The translations under genes and the position numbers were made by a program. Below, in pieces: positions 21,095-34,479 of a stretch of DNA of 47,532 bases (position 1 is the first letter of the stretch; each line of letters begins with the position of its first letter). The notes below the pieces were generated by a model. That model was given only the letters and a program-made list of their open reading frames with translations, was not told the DNA's origin and made no database searches. Source of the DNA: Hyphochytrium catenoides (Eukaryota; Protista; Hyphochytriomycota); the NCBI GenBank assembly GCA_900088475.1, contig FLMG01000406.1, forward strand, positions 1-47,532, read 5' to 3'.

Positions 21095-24000
21095 ATGAGC
21101 TGGTTAAGCAACTCACTCAAGATTGCAGGAGACCTTCTAGAAAAGGTCGATCAGACAGCGGCCGCCCGACTTCAAGGTGAGAGTTTCTAGGAAAGTGACG
21201 CATAACCGACGTAACCATTCACAATCACTGGCGCCGCAGAGAACGAAGATGAGCGGACGCTCTATGCCGCAGCGGAAGACGAAGACGGTATGTGGACTAA
21301 TCTGGCCTTCCCTGGTAGCCCTCTCAACCGCCTCTCACCCTGATCCGTCCGCTTCAATTTACTTCTTTGTTCATAGACGTTTTACACAGAGAAGTCAGCC
21401 CGCTGGCGAGAGAAGATCCTGCATTGGGTGTAATCTCAGGATCGGAAGATGGTGAGGGTTCGGTGGATATTCAGTTGGAGGACGAAGCTGACGAAGCTAG
21501 TGCCCAAGCACCAAGCCTGGCCAGCAGAGACGGACATGTCGGGATTGGCGAAGCTGAACCGACGTTGCCACGAAGCCCTGTGTCATCTGAAAGTGACCAC
21601 CCGGACAGGAGAGATGCCTTCTCTTCACCCAGCAAGGCGAAGGCATCAAGAGGACCGGCTGAGCCTTCACCCTCTCGCGCCTCTCCACCTCCATCTAACC
21701 AACTAATCGAGCTGTTGGAGGAGAAGAAGCGGTAAGGCAGAGGGGTCGCAAGCTATGACCTCGCTTTCTTACGTCCGCACTATCTCTCTTGCGTATACTC
21801 TCCTAATTAGACTAAAGGCAGTCGTGAAGGAGCTGGGCACGAGTCTGAAGCGAAAAGAAAACAAGCTGGCGATACTTCAGAAGAAGTTAGAAGAGACGGA
21901 GAAGGAGCTCGAACTCCTAGAGCTTGACAGTAAGCGCGTTATTGGCAAGCTTACGGCACAACTGGAGGAGGTGAAGGTGAGAGCAGGAAGTCCTGTTGAG
22001 TTGATTTCTGTGATAGCCACGTGTCGTCCTCTTTTTTTCATCCTTGCCCGAAGGCCCGCAGATTGAGGGAGGTCAACGCGAACCTCATGTAACCTTTCCT
22101 TAACGCAGCCGTTCTCTTCCCTATTTCAGGCTTCCCGCAGTGGTGACGAGCAGCAGTTCCAAGAGACCTTGAAATCCAAAGATGCATTTCTCGCGAACCT
22201 TGACCTGGAGCGCCAGTCCCTAGCTGAGAGGGTGGAAAAGTAAGTCGGCCATGGCTCACCAATTTACCAGGGTGTGTCTCCTTCTTCGGTGGCCAGCTAT
22301 TGAAATTTTGACAAAGAGAAACAGAAAGGGTGATTTATTGTCCTTTTGTTAGGCTTGATGCGGACAAGATCGAGCTGTTGGGCCAAATAGAGACACTGCA
22401 AATGGAGATCGGGGACATACGCTCTAATAAACAGATGACCAGGTAGGAAATCTAGCCTTCATAATAGAAGCTCTATTAGTTGTGGGGTGCCGGTCAAGGT
22501 TATTAGCCGATCCTCTCTGTCTTATCAATGGCTTATCCTAGAGATGTATTATGCACTGCCAGAACTTCAAGATCTATCCTTCAGACAATCTTGTTCTTCT
22601 GTGCCTTCTCCCTCTTAGCGTCGAAGCCGAGAAAGTTGTGGGTGCCCTGCAGGAGGAGATTCGATCCTTGCAGGACGTTATGCGTGCAGAAAGAGAACAA
22701 CAGGCGGTAACTGTCAGAGAACTGCAACTGCGCGCTAGGGAGCTTGAAAACGCCAACTTGGTTCAAACTCAAGCGTTAGGGGCGTTGCAGCGAGAGCTGG
22801 AGAATGCTAGACGCAGCAATCCTCTGGTACGTCTCTAACAACAGTGTAGCAAAGAAATTATCGATCAAGGAGCGGAGTGGGGATCGCTAGCCATTGGTGG
22901 GACTGGAGAGAACGTCAACAGTCACTTCGTCCAAACGTGTAGATGGAAAGAGTCATAGCAGTGAGATGCCCAAAGAATATTTGCGGGCCGTAATATGGAG
23001 GCTTAGGGCATCAAGGGAGAGCGCAAGCGCAGATAGGCGACTCCTTTCATTAGATTGGGGGGAAGGCTGAGAGGGACGGAGCGACCGATTTCCCTAGGCG
23101 TCAAAGGGCGCGGCTTGCATTGAAGAGTGAGAAGACTTGCTGTTCTTGGCATGAAAAGCCCTTGTTATCAATGCCTGATCCTGCCTTAGGGTGAGGAGTT
23201 GACTCCGTTGTCCGCATGCAGGTCACTGCCGAAAAAGAGAGGCTACAGGCCAGCATTACTTCTCTCGAAGAGCAGCTAAGAGATGCCGAAAAGCAGCTAT
23301 CGGTGGAGAGAGCGCTTGTTAGCCAGTTGCAGGCAGAGGCAAGCCGTAAGGACAAGGTAGCGGACACCTTCCTACGTAAATCTTACTCCGTCTACTGCTA
23401 CCGACCTGTGACCCCTTTTGTCCTGCTGTAAGTCTCTCTCCCACTTTAGTGACCACTGCCCTTTCCCTCTTCTTCGGTGTTGACATATCGTTCATAGGAA
23501 CACGATGCCTGGAGATCCTCCACAGAGCAAGCACACTACACGATGCGGAAAGAACTAGAAGCTGCTCACGCAGAGGTAAAGGCTGGCTTCCTCCCTTCAT
23601 TGTTAAACTATATTCCTGTTGTGCACCCTCGGTCCAGCTCTTTCATGCTTCCCTTTCGACGCTTCTCCTCCGCAGATCCCATCTCACACAAGTAAACCGC
23701 AACTAACCTTAGCCATGACCCACAGATCGCTCAGTTGAATACTCTACTCAGTAGTGCCCAGGAAACGAAGAGGAGGCCCAGCGAACCAGAACTGGAGACC
23801 AAGCTAAAGGTAGTACCGTGACATAATGCTGGAGAGGGCTAGCGTAGCGCACGTATCTTAGCTCTCAATATTTCTAAATACAGGGCATTACGGAGCGTCT
23901 GATTCTAAAGCAAGAGCAACTAGACAAAGCCCTGAGCGGTCAGGGCATTCTCCAAGCGCGGCTACAGGCTACAGAAACTCGTCTCAGGATGGCAGAAGAG

Positions 24001-24679
24001 AAGGTAAGGGTTTCAAGCAAAGTCTCAAATATTGTTGCAGCCTTATCCTAGCAGGCTACCTTCTAGACACTATAGCATGCCGGAGTAAGCCCTCTTTTTC
24101 AGATGCGTTTCAAACTCTGCAATTTCCATCTCAGCCCTCTCTATCGCCTCTCTGGGGTCCGTGATAGAATGCTGTAGCAACTAAGCACGACCCTGCAGGT
24201 AAAGCGGCTCACCGAGGAGAGCACGGAATACTTTGACGCTGAGGCAGGTTACCGGTCTGTCAACCGTCTCAACGTCCTGAGGCCGAGGAGGATTAACGTC
24301 GCACCGATAGTCAAGAATGAACGGGTCGCGAAAGCAGGTAAGAAGAGTCAACGGCCGAAAGACGAAGCGTGGTACAAGGCCATGTGACCCTTTTGTCAAA
24401 GGGAGCTAGGTGCATCGATACCGGATTCCAGTTATCTGACCACTGTCCTCTTCTCATGTACCAGTCAATTTTATGGACAACTGGACGCTAAAGACCTTCA
24501 ACGTGCTCCGCGCAAACCCGACCGCCCGCCTCTTCTTCGTCTTCTATCTCCTGGTGCTACATCTCTGGGTTCTCCTGATCATTTCCTTTCATACAGACCA
24601 CTTGCAAGAAGAGATAGAGCTGCCGGAAGGTCTGGGCGATGAGGGGCTCGAGGGAGCAATGCCGGGCAGGCCGGACTAA
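21095..24679 (+). CDS. GOLGA5: Golgin-84 / GOLGA5-like tail-anchored coiled-coil golgin; about 13 exons
   Basis: Family-typical N-terminus MSWLSNSLKIAGDLLEKVDQTAA, long coiled-coil exons, ITERLILKQEQLD, and C-terminal TM region LRANPTARLFFVFYLLVLHLWVLLII with the conserved Y and H. Confidence 0.88.
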
Positions 24680-24800
24680 GCGCTTGCCGTCTCATGGTTG
24701 AAGGTTCCTTTGTCCTCTCTTCGCTTTCTCTCGTTCTCGGTGTTCCATATCTATGTATAGTACTGTTGCAAAGCATTCTACTGTTAATAAAACTTTAAAG

Positions 24801-27800
24801 TCACATAAGCGTACAACCTGGAGAATGTTCGTCTGTGTCAATGCCAAGTAGTTCCCTGGATGTCGTCGGAGGTCGACTGAAGGAAAATGACTGCAGCCAA
24901 GGGTGCTGCAAAGCGTCCTGAGGGGTCAATCGGCTAGTCGGATCCTTCGTAAGAAGTTTGCTTATCTGCATTTGTGAGAGAAGAGGATACAGGTGGTTAG
25001 GCCACAAGCACTGGGAGATAACGAGGCACACGTCGACCCTACCAGGTCCTTTGCTTCTTGACTTATGCAGTCCCACTCGGGGCTGTGAAACTCATAAGCG
25101 ACAGCTTTGTTTGCCGCGCGCAACTGTTGGTCGTTGACGCCGTAAAAGGGTTCATACGCACACAGCAGGATATAGACAACCACACCAACCTGACACGATA
25201 AGTGTGACATAGATCCCAACAGGAAGTAAGGGCTCTAAGATTCCGAACCCATGTACCCTATTCAATTCATCAACGTACCGAGAACATGTCCACCTGCGCG
25301 GGATAGGACTCGGAAGGGCCAGCATTCAGAATCTCGGGCGCCACGTAGCCCGGGGTTCCACACCTGTCATAGATTGCCGAAAGGCAGGGAGAGAGCAAGG
25401 GACCGATCAGCAGTGAGACAAAGCAGCATTTCTGCAGCCTTTGGAGCTGTACGCGATGCAAGGAGAGCGAAAAAATCACTCTTTCTAGGAAGAACTGTAG
25501 CTCACCTGCCACGAACCGTGCCATCCTCGCTTAAGAACGTTGACATGCCATAATCTGCCAGCTTAAGCAAACCCCTAAGTATAAGAAGGCAATCTCAGTA
25601 ACAGTGCCATGAGAGGCAAGAGAGGAAGTTCATATACGCACAAAGGATGTGCCTGTAAGTAAAGGGATCACTCAGCCAGAAAGGGCGGGCTCATTCACCT
25701 TAGGAGTAAAGCATCAGGACTTAGGGAGATACAGAGAGCATGATGGGGAGAGAGAAAGAACGTCTTACCGAAACCTCATCAGCTCTCTTTCATCCCACTG
25801 TGAACCTCTGCTATTCCTCACAAGCTCTTCAATGCCCTCTCTGGACCTCAGGGCCAGATTGGCAAGCTTCACATCTCGATGCACCACTCGCATGCGCTGG
25901 CAGAACTCCACAGCATGAAGCAGTTCGAAGACGAGGAAAGCAGCTGCTTCTTCACGAAGTGGCCCATACTCTTCAATAATGTCAAAGAGGTCTCCTCCCT
26001 CCATGAACTCCATCTCAATCACCTAGTATTCACACGGAAAAAAGACGGCTAAGAAAGTAGCATCGTGCAAAGCTTGCGATCCGAAAGACATGAGAAGGCC
26101 AAAACAACCAGGAGAGGGAAGAAGAAATTGTTCAAAAGACGATTATTGTCCTAGTCGTGGGCTGCAGGGAAAGAAGTGACTTACAAGAAACTCTAAGGTT
26201 TCGAAGACTCCCCTGATATGCACGATATTGAGGTCTCCAGGAGACGACTGCAACGTCAGGTACGACTGTATCCACAGTTCTCGGTACAGCGTATCATTTC
26301 TCTCTCTCCCTTCGGCAACTAGGCGCCTGAAAGAGAGTGATAAAGACAACGATCAATGTTGGTACAGCAAAAGTAAGGCAGAAAGGTACTAAAAGAAGAA
26401 CCTAGCCTGGCATCCTCCAAGCGATGTCTAACTCTCTGTTACTTACCAAAAGGCATTCTTATCAACTATCTTGATAGCACAGTCTTTCTGCTCTGAATAA
26501 CCCTGGAGGGTTCAAGAGGTGAGGACGTGCCAGAGAGCTACTATACTACTTGGCCACCTCTGCGCCTCTCGCACATGCTAGTTGGCAAACTTCGTATATA
26601 TCTTACTAGCCTTCCTTATAGAGACTGTTCTCCTGCCATACCGCCCCACCGAGGAACCCCTGCAAATTCCTGCTACTTTTGTTTCTACTAAGACAAGGCC
26701 TCATACAGTCTCCGTACCTTGGCATTGCCAGTAGTCTCAAACATCTTTCTCCTAGCCCGTCGTACGCAAGAAAACCTTCCTCTTCCTAGCTCGAGTTGTA
26801 CTTCGGATACCGCCTTCGCTCTCGCGTAGGGATTTAGGTCATACAAGTCATCCAGACGAACATTCGCCGCCCGGCCCAACAAGTCGAACCACTGAAGGCG
26901 GGAGAGGAACAGATGGATTCAGTAATGACAGCGAAGGGGAGAATAATTTAGGTTTGTGTCAAACAAAGGAGTCCCCGCCAAGAGAGCTCGTCATGCAAAC
27001 TTTGAGTTGCAAGAAGTAAAGAGAGATGAACATACGAAGGTTAAGAGGTGCATAGGGTTACTCGTCCAGCTCACCTCAGTCGCGTCATCGTTACATGAGA
27101 AGCGAATTACATATGTTTCCCGCGGAGCTGCAGCCTTGGCAGTTGTCAATAGCGTAAGGTGAAGCTGCGCTGGGACGGAAGTGTCGCGCTGCAGAGATCG
27201 AGGAACGATGGTTAGCTTCCGTATACAAATAAGGCTAAGAGAGCCATGAACAGAAGTCAATGGGAACAAGCTGGCTGCAAATCATCATGGCAGCTCCCTC
27301 GCAGAGATGCATAAGCCCAGATTCATGCATAATCTCTCAAGGACTGCGAAGGGCTTGGGAGCAATGAACCTTTAAATGAGCGCTCTGGACGTGAGCGCAT
27401 CCAATGGGTCTCGCTCGTCCGTTTTCGACCGTTGCACTAGGAAGGAACTCAAACAGGAAATTCTGTCTCAAGAGAATGGTGCGGGGATAGAAGGTGGCCT
27501 AGGGGGGAACATAACCAGCAGTCGCATGAGAGCAAGGTCACATGTTACTCCGTCTTGTCTCCCTACTTCTTCCTCTCTTTGCTTTCTCCATCACCCTTCC
27601 CTGGCGTTCTTTCCAAACCCTATGTCTACGGTCCCTTTGCCATTCTAAACTTCCAGCATCTTCTTACCTCCGTTCCCTGTGCCATCATAACCCTAGACGC
27701 CACTGGGGAACCCTCAGCGAGAATGACAGACGACCTTCGCACGGGCTTCCTTTGAGTTTCGTGCACCTCTTTTAAAGCATCAGAGAAGACACTATACAGG

Positions 27801-29305
27801 AGCTTCTCCTCGCAAGAGCCCACGATGGAAGCTAGGAGCCAGTTGTTATCACTGAACTCCTCGGGTGACACTTGGCGAAGAGAGGGAAGGAGGGGTTGAG
27901 ATCTCTCAACGCCTGCCATTGTCCCTTTCTCCTTCATTGCCAAGCTCTCTGGACCGAAACCTCCATGAGAAGGCGACGGAGACTGCACTAAGTCCTCATC
28001 TCCTTCAGTGATGCTTGAGATAGTCCGCATTCGCAACTTCTCTCTCTCTGCTGCTTTCTCCTCAGATTTTGTGCCAACACCTTTGAGCTTAGCGAAGAAA
28101 CCCGAGGCCCCGGCATGGACACTAGGCTCGTCACCTAGATAAGCGGTGGTGGAGTTCGCCCCTGCCTGATTATGCAGCCTGGTGAACTTGATGCGAAGGA
28201 GAGTATCCGTCCCGGCTTCCACACCCTGATTCAGAATTGGCTTTGACACTAAAGGAATAGGGGCATTTGCCGCTTGAGCAATAGCCGGAGTCGTTGAGGT
28301 GCCCAAAGAATCCAGTGAAAGAGAAGGACAGTCAATCAGCTTGTGATTGCCGCCACAGTTGCCGCACATGCTGCCTTTAGACCTCTTAGGCTTGATGTTG
28401 AGGGAGGCAGAGCCCTGTGGCGCCTGCTCCGCCACGAGAGATGGCCCATTTAGCGTGGGAGTAGTCAAGCTTGAGCTAGGTGAGATACGTAGGTGCTGGA
28501 TTCCAAGGCCAGCACTACCCATATTGGACGATGGTGCAGGTTCTCTGTCCTGCTTTGCTCCTGTTGCTTCTCTCTTCTCTGGGTACGATTCTGATGCCAG
28601 TTTCAGTGAAGAGAAGGGTCCCGGATTACTAGTTGGCTGTGGAGTCTGCGATCCCGAGGAGAAGCGTCCAGAGATGCTGCCTTCTCCTTTGAGGCTTTGG
28701 GACGTAGGCGATGGTGGTGTATGTCCAGAGTGAGGTGACCCATCATGAAGCGAGTTCTCGGTGGAAGAGTTGTTCCGTGTCCCTGGTCTGCTCGCTCTGC
28801 TATGGTGGTTGCTATGATAAAGTGAGTTTCAAGCGAAGAGATCACAGAACAGCATAGTCAAGGGTCTATTAGCAACAAACAACCGCACTTCGTCTACTGA
28901 AAACCTTACACCGACAGGCCCGTCCTTGTCAAAACATACCTCACAGGAAAATGTAGGAAGTGACAGAGACAAAGTGAAAAAGTGAAAGAGAGGAACGCAG
29001 AGGATATTCTGCTTCTATGTACTCTGTGTCGATGTTTACCTAGAGTCACCCTGACTGTATATGGTCCTCCGCATGAGGTCCTGAATGAGGTGATCCATGT
29101 GGAACTCCCAGCTTTTCGTATGGGAAGGAGGCGGGGGAGATGCCGCCGTCTCGCTCTGCACATCATCTGCTTTATGCAAGAAGGGGATCAGCACGTGCGG
29201 GCGCGTCACGTTATGTATGGCCCGATTTATGGAGACAGACGAACTCCTTCTAGCCTCTGAAGCCTGGCAATAATAGACACTGTGAGTAGGTAGACGTCCT
29301 TGCAT
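24801..29305 (-). CDS. CAMK-group Ser/Thr kinase with N-terminal low-complexity region, CCHC-like knuckle and PH-like domain; multi-exon, 5' end uncertain
   Basis: ELGRGRFSCV, CAIKIVDK, EFMEGGDLFD, VHRDVKLANL, KLADYGMS, CGTPGYVAPE, VDMFSVGVVVYILL, ISQEAKDLISKLL...RLTPQDALQHPW. PH-like exons at about 27073-27760 end in DDATEWFDLLGRAA. The start at 29305 is tentative. Confidence 0.88.
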
Positions 29306-32300
29306 TTTACTAGAGCGATGGAACAGTTGGGATGGAGAGACCAGCGAGAGAGGATCTACTGGAGCAAAGAGTGTGTGTGCGCGTATAAGAGAGCGCACAC
29401 ATTGACGAGAAAAGAAAGAGAAGTAATGAGAGCTAAAAACGGAGACCAAATGGTGGAAAAAGCCTCCCACTACTGCAGCACTAGGCTACCTGCGCCGAAT
29501 GGTCTATCCTCGTAAAAGAGTGCGTGGATAAGTAACCAGCTCTGTGAATCATCCTAAAGCAAGTGCTGCAGTACACGTCGCTCTCACAGCCATTGCAGAC
29601 GACTTCTCCACGGTTTTCTGCACAGTAGACGCAAGTGATCGCACCGTCATGGTCCTCCAACTCAACAGGCTTCTCTTGAGAAGAGAGAGACGCTAGCGAG
29701 GCGCCGGATGAGCTTTTTTCGATCTCAGATGGCCGTAGACCTCTCTTCTGCTCCAGATGCCAAAGCCTCCAGCTAAGAAGCAGGAAGCAGCAAAAGTAAA
29801 TAATAGCAGGTCAGGAGGAAGACAAGCAGGCATAAAGAGCAGGCACCTGGCATTTTCCAGTCTCAACCCATCGCCCACGAACTGCTGGACGGTAGGAGAT
29901 TGTGAAAGCCATAGCTCCTAGTCAGGCAGAAGTGAGTAGACTGCCAGCAGCAGACAGGCTAGCCCATGTCCTGCATCTTTACCTCTACCTCGTTCTCTAA
30001 GTTTTCCCTTCTTCCTCTTTAACAGACGCTTTCGATTACTCTATTCACTGACGACTTACGGAGTTTGCAAGGCTTGTTGGAGAGTCCAACGGAGGTGGCT
30101 TTATCTCTTCACCTGCCATGGATCCTTGCAACAGAGTAGGGCAGATCCCTTACTCGTTGCGCTTCTATTGCTGATAACAGCAACAGCTACGCAGTCGCCG
30201 CGCCATAGATGGAAGAAGATAAATGCTAAATACTGCCGAAGGGGTTCCGTCTAGCACTACGCATGTCGCGGCCCCCAAGCAGTGACATACGAACGGCAAG
30301 ACCTCTCTTCACACTACCCAGCAGTTGACGAGGAAGCCTGCTGGCTAGGCTCTTCAATCAGATTCTCTACGTCCGCTCTCTGCTGAACCTGTTGGAAAGA
30401 TCTGTCAACGTAAAGCTCCCAATGATGATAGAGCGGCCCGATGGAAAGGATCAATCGTCTGACAGAGATGGACGGCAGCAGCTTCCCTAAGGTCCAAGGC
30501 AGAAGAGGTGAGAGACCTGTGATGATGGATGTTGAACCGCAACATGAGAGCTGCTGCCAGCCCGTACTGATTTATAATAGACGCTCAATATCAATTTCTA
30601 TCTTGGTTATTTTGATGTTTTATTCCTGACCATAAGGTGGGAAGCACTTCCTACTTCCTACACTCTTCCTTCCTTCCTACCGCCTGCCGATAGCGCCACT
30701 GACCAGGACCGATACCTTGCAAGACTCTCTAATGGGCCAGATCATTGAGCAGATCTCTGTCTTGGAAAGCCTATGAAGAGCTCATCTTGAAGAGGTCAAG
30801 AGCTACTTGTCAAGAATATGCTAGTCATCATGTTTCAGAGCGACTAGAGCCGGTCGAACCCACTGGCCCACCTCGCAGGAGCAATGAGCAATGAGTCAAA
30901 TCGCCACCGTCTACCGGAACTTAATAGGGTGATTTGGATAGCCATGGCGGAAGAAGAGCAGCAAACAGTGTGCTAGTTACCGGTGCTTGGGTGGTTTGCC
31001 ATCTTGATAACACTTTCGTGCGTGTCTCACACACCATCGTCGTCTCTCACTCACACGAAGCATACGCTGCTCATAAATGATTCACAACGACCTGGCATCA
31101 TGCCAGGCTTTCGTGATGCGATGCCCATTGACACAAATCTGTTATACTTCCCCGTACACGCCTTCATCATTAGCGTCGTCGGGGCTTTGTGATAGGAGGC
31201 TGGAGCGTTGTCCGAGTCCTCTTCCATCGCTTGCCCAATAGTAGTAACGGTTGAGAGCAGAGGTGGAAAGCGAAGGTTATGTTTGAACTACGGACCCAGC
31301 TGTCTTGGACGGATATAACGGCACTGCAACCGACGATTGATCTCAGTGGTGCTAGTTTCTCCGTGAAGACAGGTAGCATTAGCACACAGGCGCATTAGAT
31401 ATGTAGTTCCTCAGACGGTGGGTGACAAAGATAATCCTGAACACGCTGTTGCTGCTACTATCTGCCACTGGCATCTTTCCACCGTGGTCGGGCTGCTTGC
31501 GACGACTTCAATTATGAAGAAGAGGAGGGAACGGGCATGCGTGTTACTTAAGAGGTGCCGAGGAAAAGAGATGGCAGGATGTAAGAGTTCCACTTCTGTC
31601 GACGGACGAACGCGTATTCGAGCCTTCTGGGTTCTCCGTGCTCGGCGGAGACCCTGCTGAGTCGGCAGCTCTATTGCACACAAAGGAGTTTTTTGATGGC
31701 AACATGTCATCTTTTCTTTCAAACTTTACCTGACACGGTGACGTTGCACTTGGTGCTTATGGACCTGTAGAGCTCGCCTCCTGCCACGGCTATTCTTCTT
31801 CATCAGACCTGGAAGACTGATCATCAGAGCAGGTCCCCCAATTTTCAAGCAACTTCCAACGCCTTGAAGTCTTCCCTATGGCTGCCCAAGTGTTGAACGA
31901 AGCTGAAGAAGATATCCAGCCACATTGCCCTTCATCCACAAAAATGGAACCGCTATCTTCCGCATTGCACTCCCGTGATGGAGTGGGCCCACAGCGCTTC
32001 CGAACGGAGGAGTAACTTCGAAAGTAGTATCCGAGCAGGCTGTAACAGGAATATCATTTTTTCTCAGGGTGTTTAGTTCTTAGTGAGCAGCATGTGCACC
32101 CAACAAAGGTTGCCGTGCGATGCTCTTCCATGTGTCTCGAGCCGCCCACCAAGAATGTCTTTGATTCCATTATCTTTGCACTTCCACATTTGTGGACGAT
32201 GACAGGCTCCGATATACCAGCAGCCTCGCAGTAGTGAAGACGCGTCAACTTGAAGATGCGGACGCCGGCAGCCTTTCACGTTCTCGACGCCGTAGAACAT

Positions 32301-34479
32301 GGTCTTGACCCGGCACGGATCATTTGCGATCACCGTGTAGCCACCACCACTAATCGGTGCACCAGGGTGAATGGAGTTGGGATTGTCTTTTGACCTTAGA
32401 CCGTGCGGGCGGTATTCGTTTTATACCATTTAGTGCTGTAACAGAGGCACTCTAATGGCACGACACCAAGGACAACGAAGTCGCCTTCTCTCTCTGGCTT
32501 CTCAGGTTCCAAGAAGACGAGGAACTGATGTCTGCAGGGCGACACTCATCACTCTGAGTCACACAGGCGAAGGCGTGGCCTGGCCTATCGGAGATTATCT
32601 TGGGCAGGCTGAGATGGTTGGTTTGCTTATTTTTCCGAAGAAGAACGGGTTAGGCAGCGTCTTTGACTGCTGCTACTAGGGGTTTCTCATCTATGGCTAC
32701 GTAGCCAGTAGATATTGGAAAACCGACTAGTAGGTAACACACATCATCATCATATTATCTAACCAAACTGTTCATCAGCTCTCAAAGAAGAGATCGAGCA
32801 GGTGACGAGTCGTTACGGACACCTTGATCTATCTCTCGGGCGAAGCAAGACATTAGCTAACGTCACCCTGAGGATAATGCTGTGGCTGGCCAGTACTACG
32901 AAACTCTACCCGCTTGTAAGACCTTAAATGAATGGTAGTCCCTGAAGGAGCCTCAAAAGCAGCACAAAGCTACGTTTACCTCATCATCAGCCATGGGCGG
33001 GAATCCTTGTGTCCCTTCTTGATGACGCTGCAGGTAGCTACGGACGTAACATAATTATCAGCTTGCAGGATGATAGGTAACGTTAATTAGTGGCTTTTGT
33101 AATAGGAAGAAGCGATAACCTCATCATAGGCATGATCCCTTTATCCTAGTGGCTGCCTCGTTCGGATCACTCGTTACTCCTCCACGTTCTCACCACCACG
33201 CACTCCCTTCCCTTCTTCTCATCTTTTGGGTCCGAATCACTGCGACAACCCTTCTTCCTCAATTGAAGTTGTGTCCTCCCCGCGTGCCTCATACTAGTGC
33301 CTTCTTTCTCTTCCCCTGCTCTCATCCTAGTACTCTTCCATGGCGCGACCGCCGAGCACCTGCAATATAATATAACTGCTCCTTAGTCTTCAAATCAAAT
33401 AAAAGAGATAAAATGCAGCTTGCGACACATCAACAATGCGATGGAGTCACACCAACTAGGAGCGAACCTTGCCTTGACTGCTGTCTGTTAGGCAATGAGA
33501 TGGGTCTTGGCCCTTAGCTCTGCTGCCTCACAGGCGGCAAACATCAATAATCCGCTGGTTGGCGGCGCTGGAGCAGGCTGACCAGAAGAAGAAGAAGAAG
33601 AGAGAGAGAGAGAAAGAGGAGGAGAGAAGAGAGCGGTTTCATCTGTCAATCGCCCGTTCCAGGCATGGTGGTTGACGGTTTGAAGGGAAAAAGAGTGAGC
33701 ACTAATATAATCTTATTTTGTCCCTTTGATATGAGAGAGCTTTGGTAAAACACATCTTCACATACCTCTTACTAGAACTGGGATACATAGTAGAGGGCGT
33801 TTAGGGAAAGCTGTTTTAAACGAATATTATTTTGTTACTTTTATTCGTATTTTGGAATTTTTCCTTCGTTTTCCCCTTGCCCTTAGGCGTTTCTCCTGCT
33901 TTGCCTATGTCCTCGGGCTGCTGGCAGAGACGGAGGAGGAGACTGGGCCTGGACCTCGTTAGTTACTGAGGGCAGAAAGTTAGGCGGTGCGCTCCTTCTC
34001 CTGCTCTTAGCTCTTACACAGCATCCGCCTCCTTGTGATGGGCGCACTAGCAGGCAGCAGCAGCGCCGCCGCCAAGCAGCTGGTGGCGGCCGGGAAGTTA
34101 TTATTTGGGGTTGAAAAGCTGAAGAGTAAATGCAGCCGCGGCCCGGAGAGGTCAATTAAACAACGGAAGAAGTGGTCGAGTAAAGAACTGGGACTGATAG
34201 CAGTTCGCCCACTTGCCATGCATACAGTCAATGCATGCTGTGGCAGCTTTTGGAGGATGGTGACTCCGTCACCATGTGGACCAAGAGTACATACATCATC
34301 GGGGAGGAGAAGGAGGAGCGGCAGCAAGTAATGCATATCTTCTTCTTCTGATGGCTTGATAGTCTAGCCATGACTATAGCGCACCTGCGCATTCCATCGT
34401 TGGTAACTTCGTGGCAGTGAAACGGTGGTAGACCATTGACGAGGGTCTGCTCTTTCTTCATTCCGTTCGAAGAGGAGAA

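Noticed and set aside
26641-26660. Possible 18-nt in-frame microexon (GFLGGA) in a kinase intron, and a similar 30-nt candidate near 28910-28939
   Set aside because: Direct splicing already keeps the frame, so neither is required. They cannot be supported without transcripts.
31500-33275. Weak inverted similarity between 31500-31550 and 33195-33275 (ACTTCAATT..GAAGAAG), also resembling 12495-12530
   Set aside because: Short, gapped and purine-rich low complexity. Chance similarity is likely.
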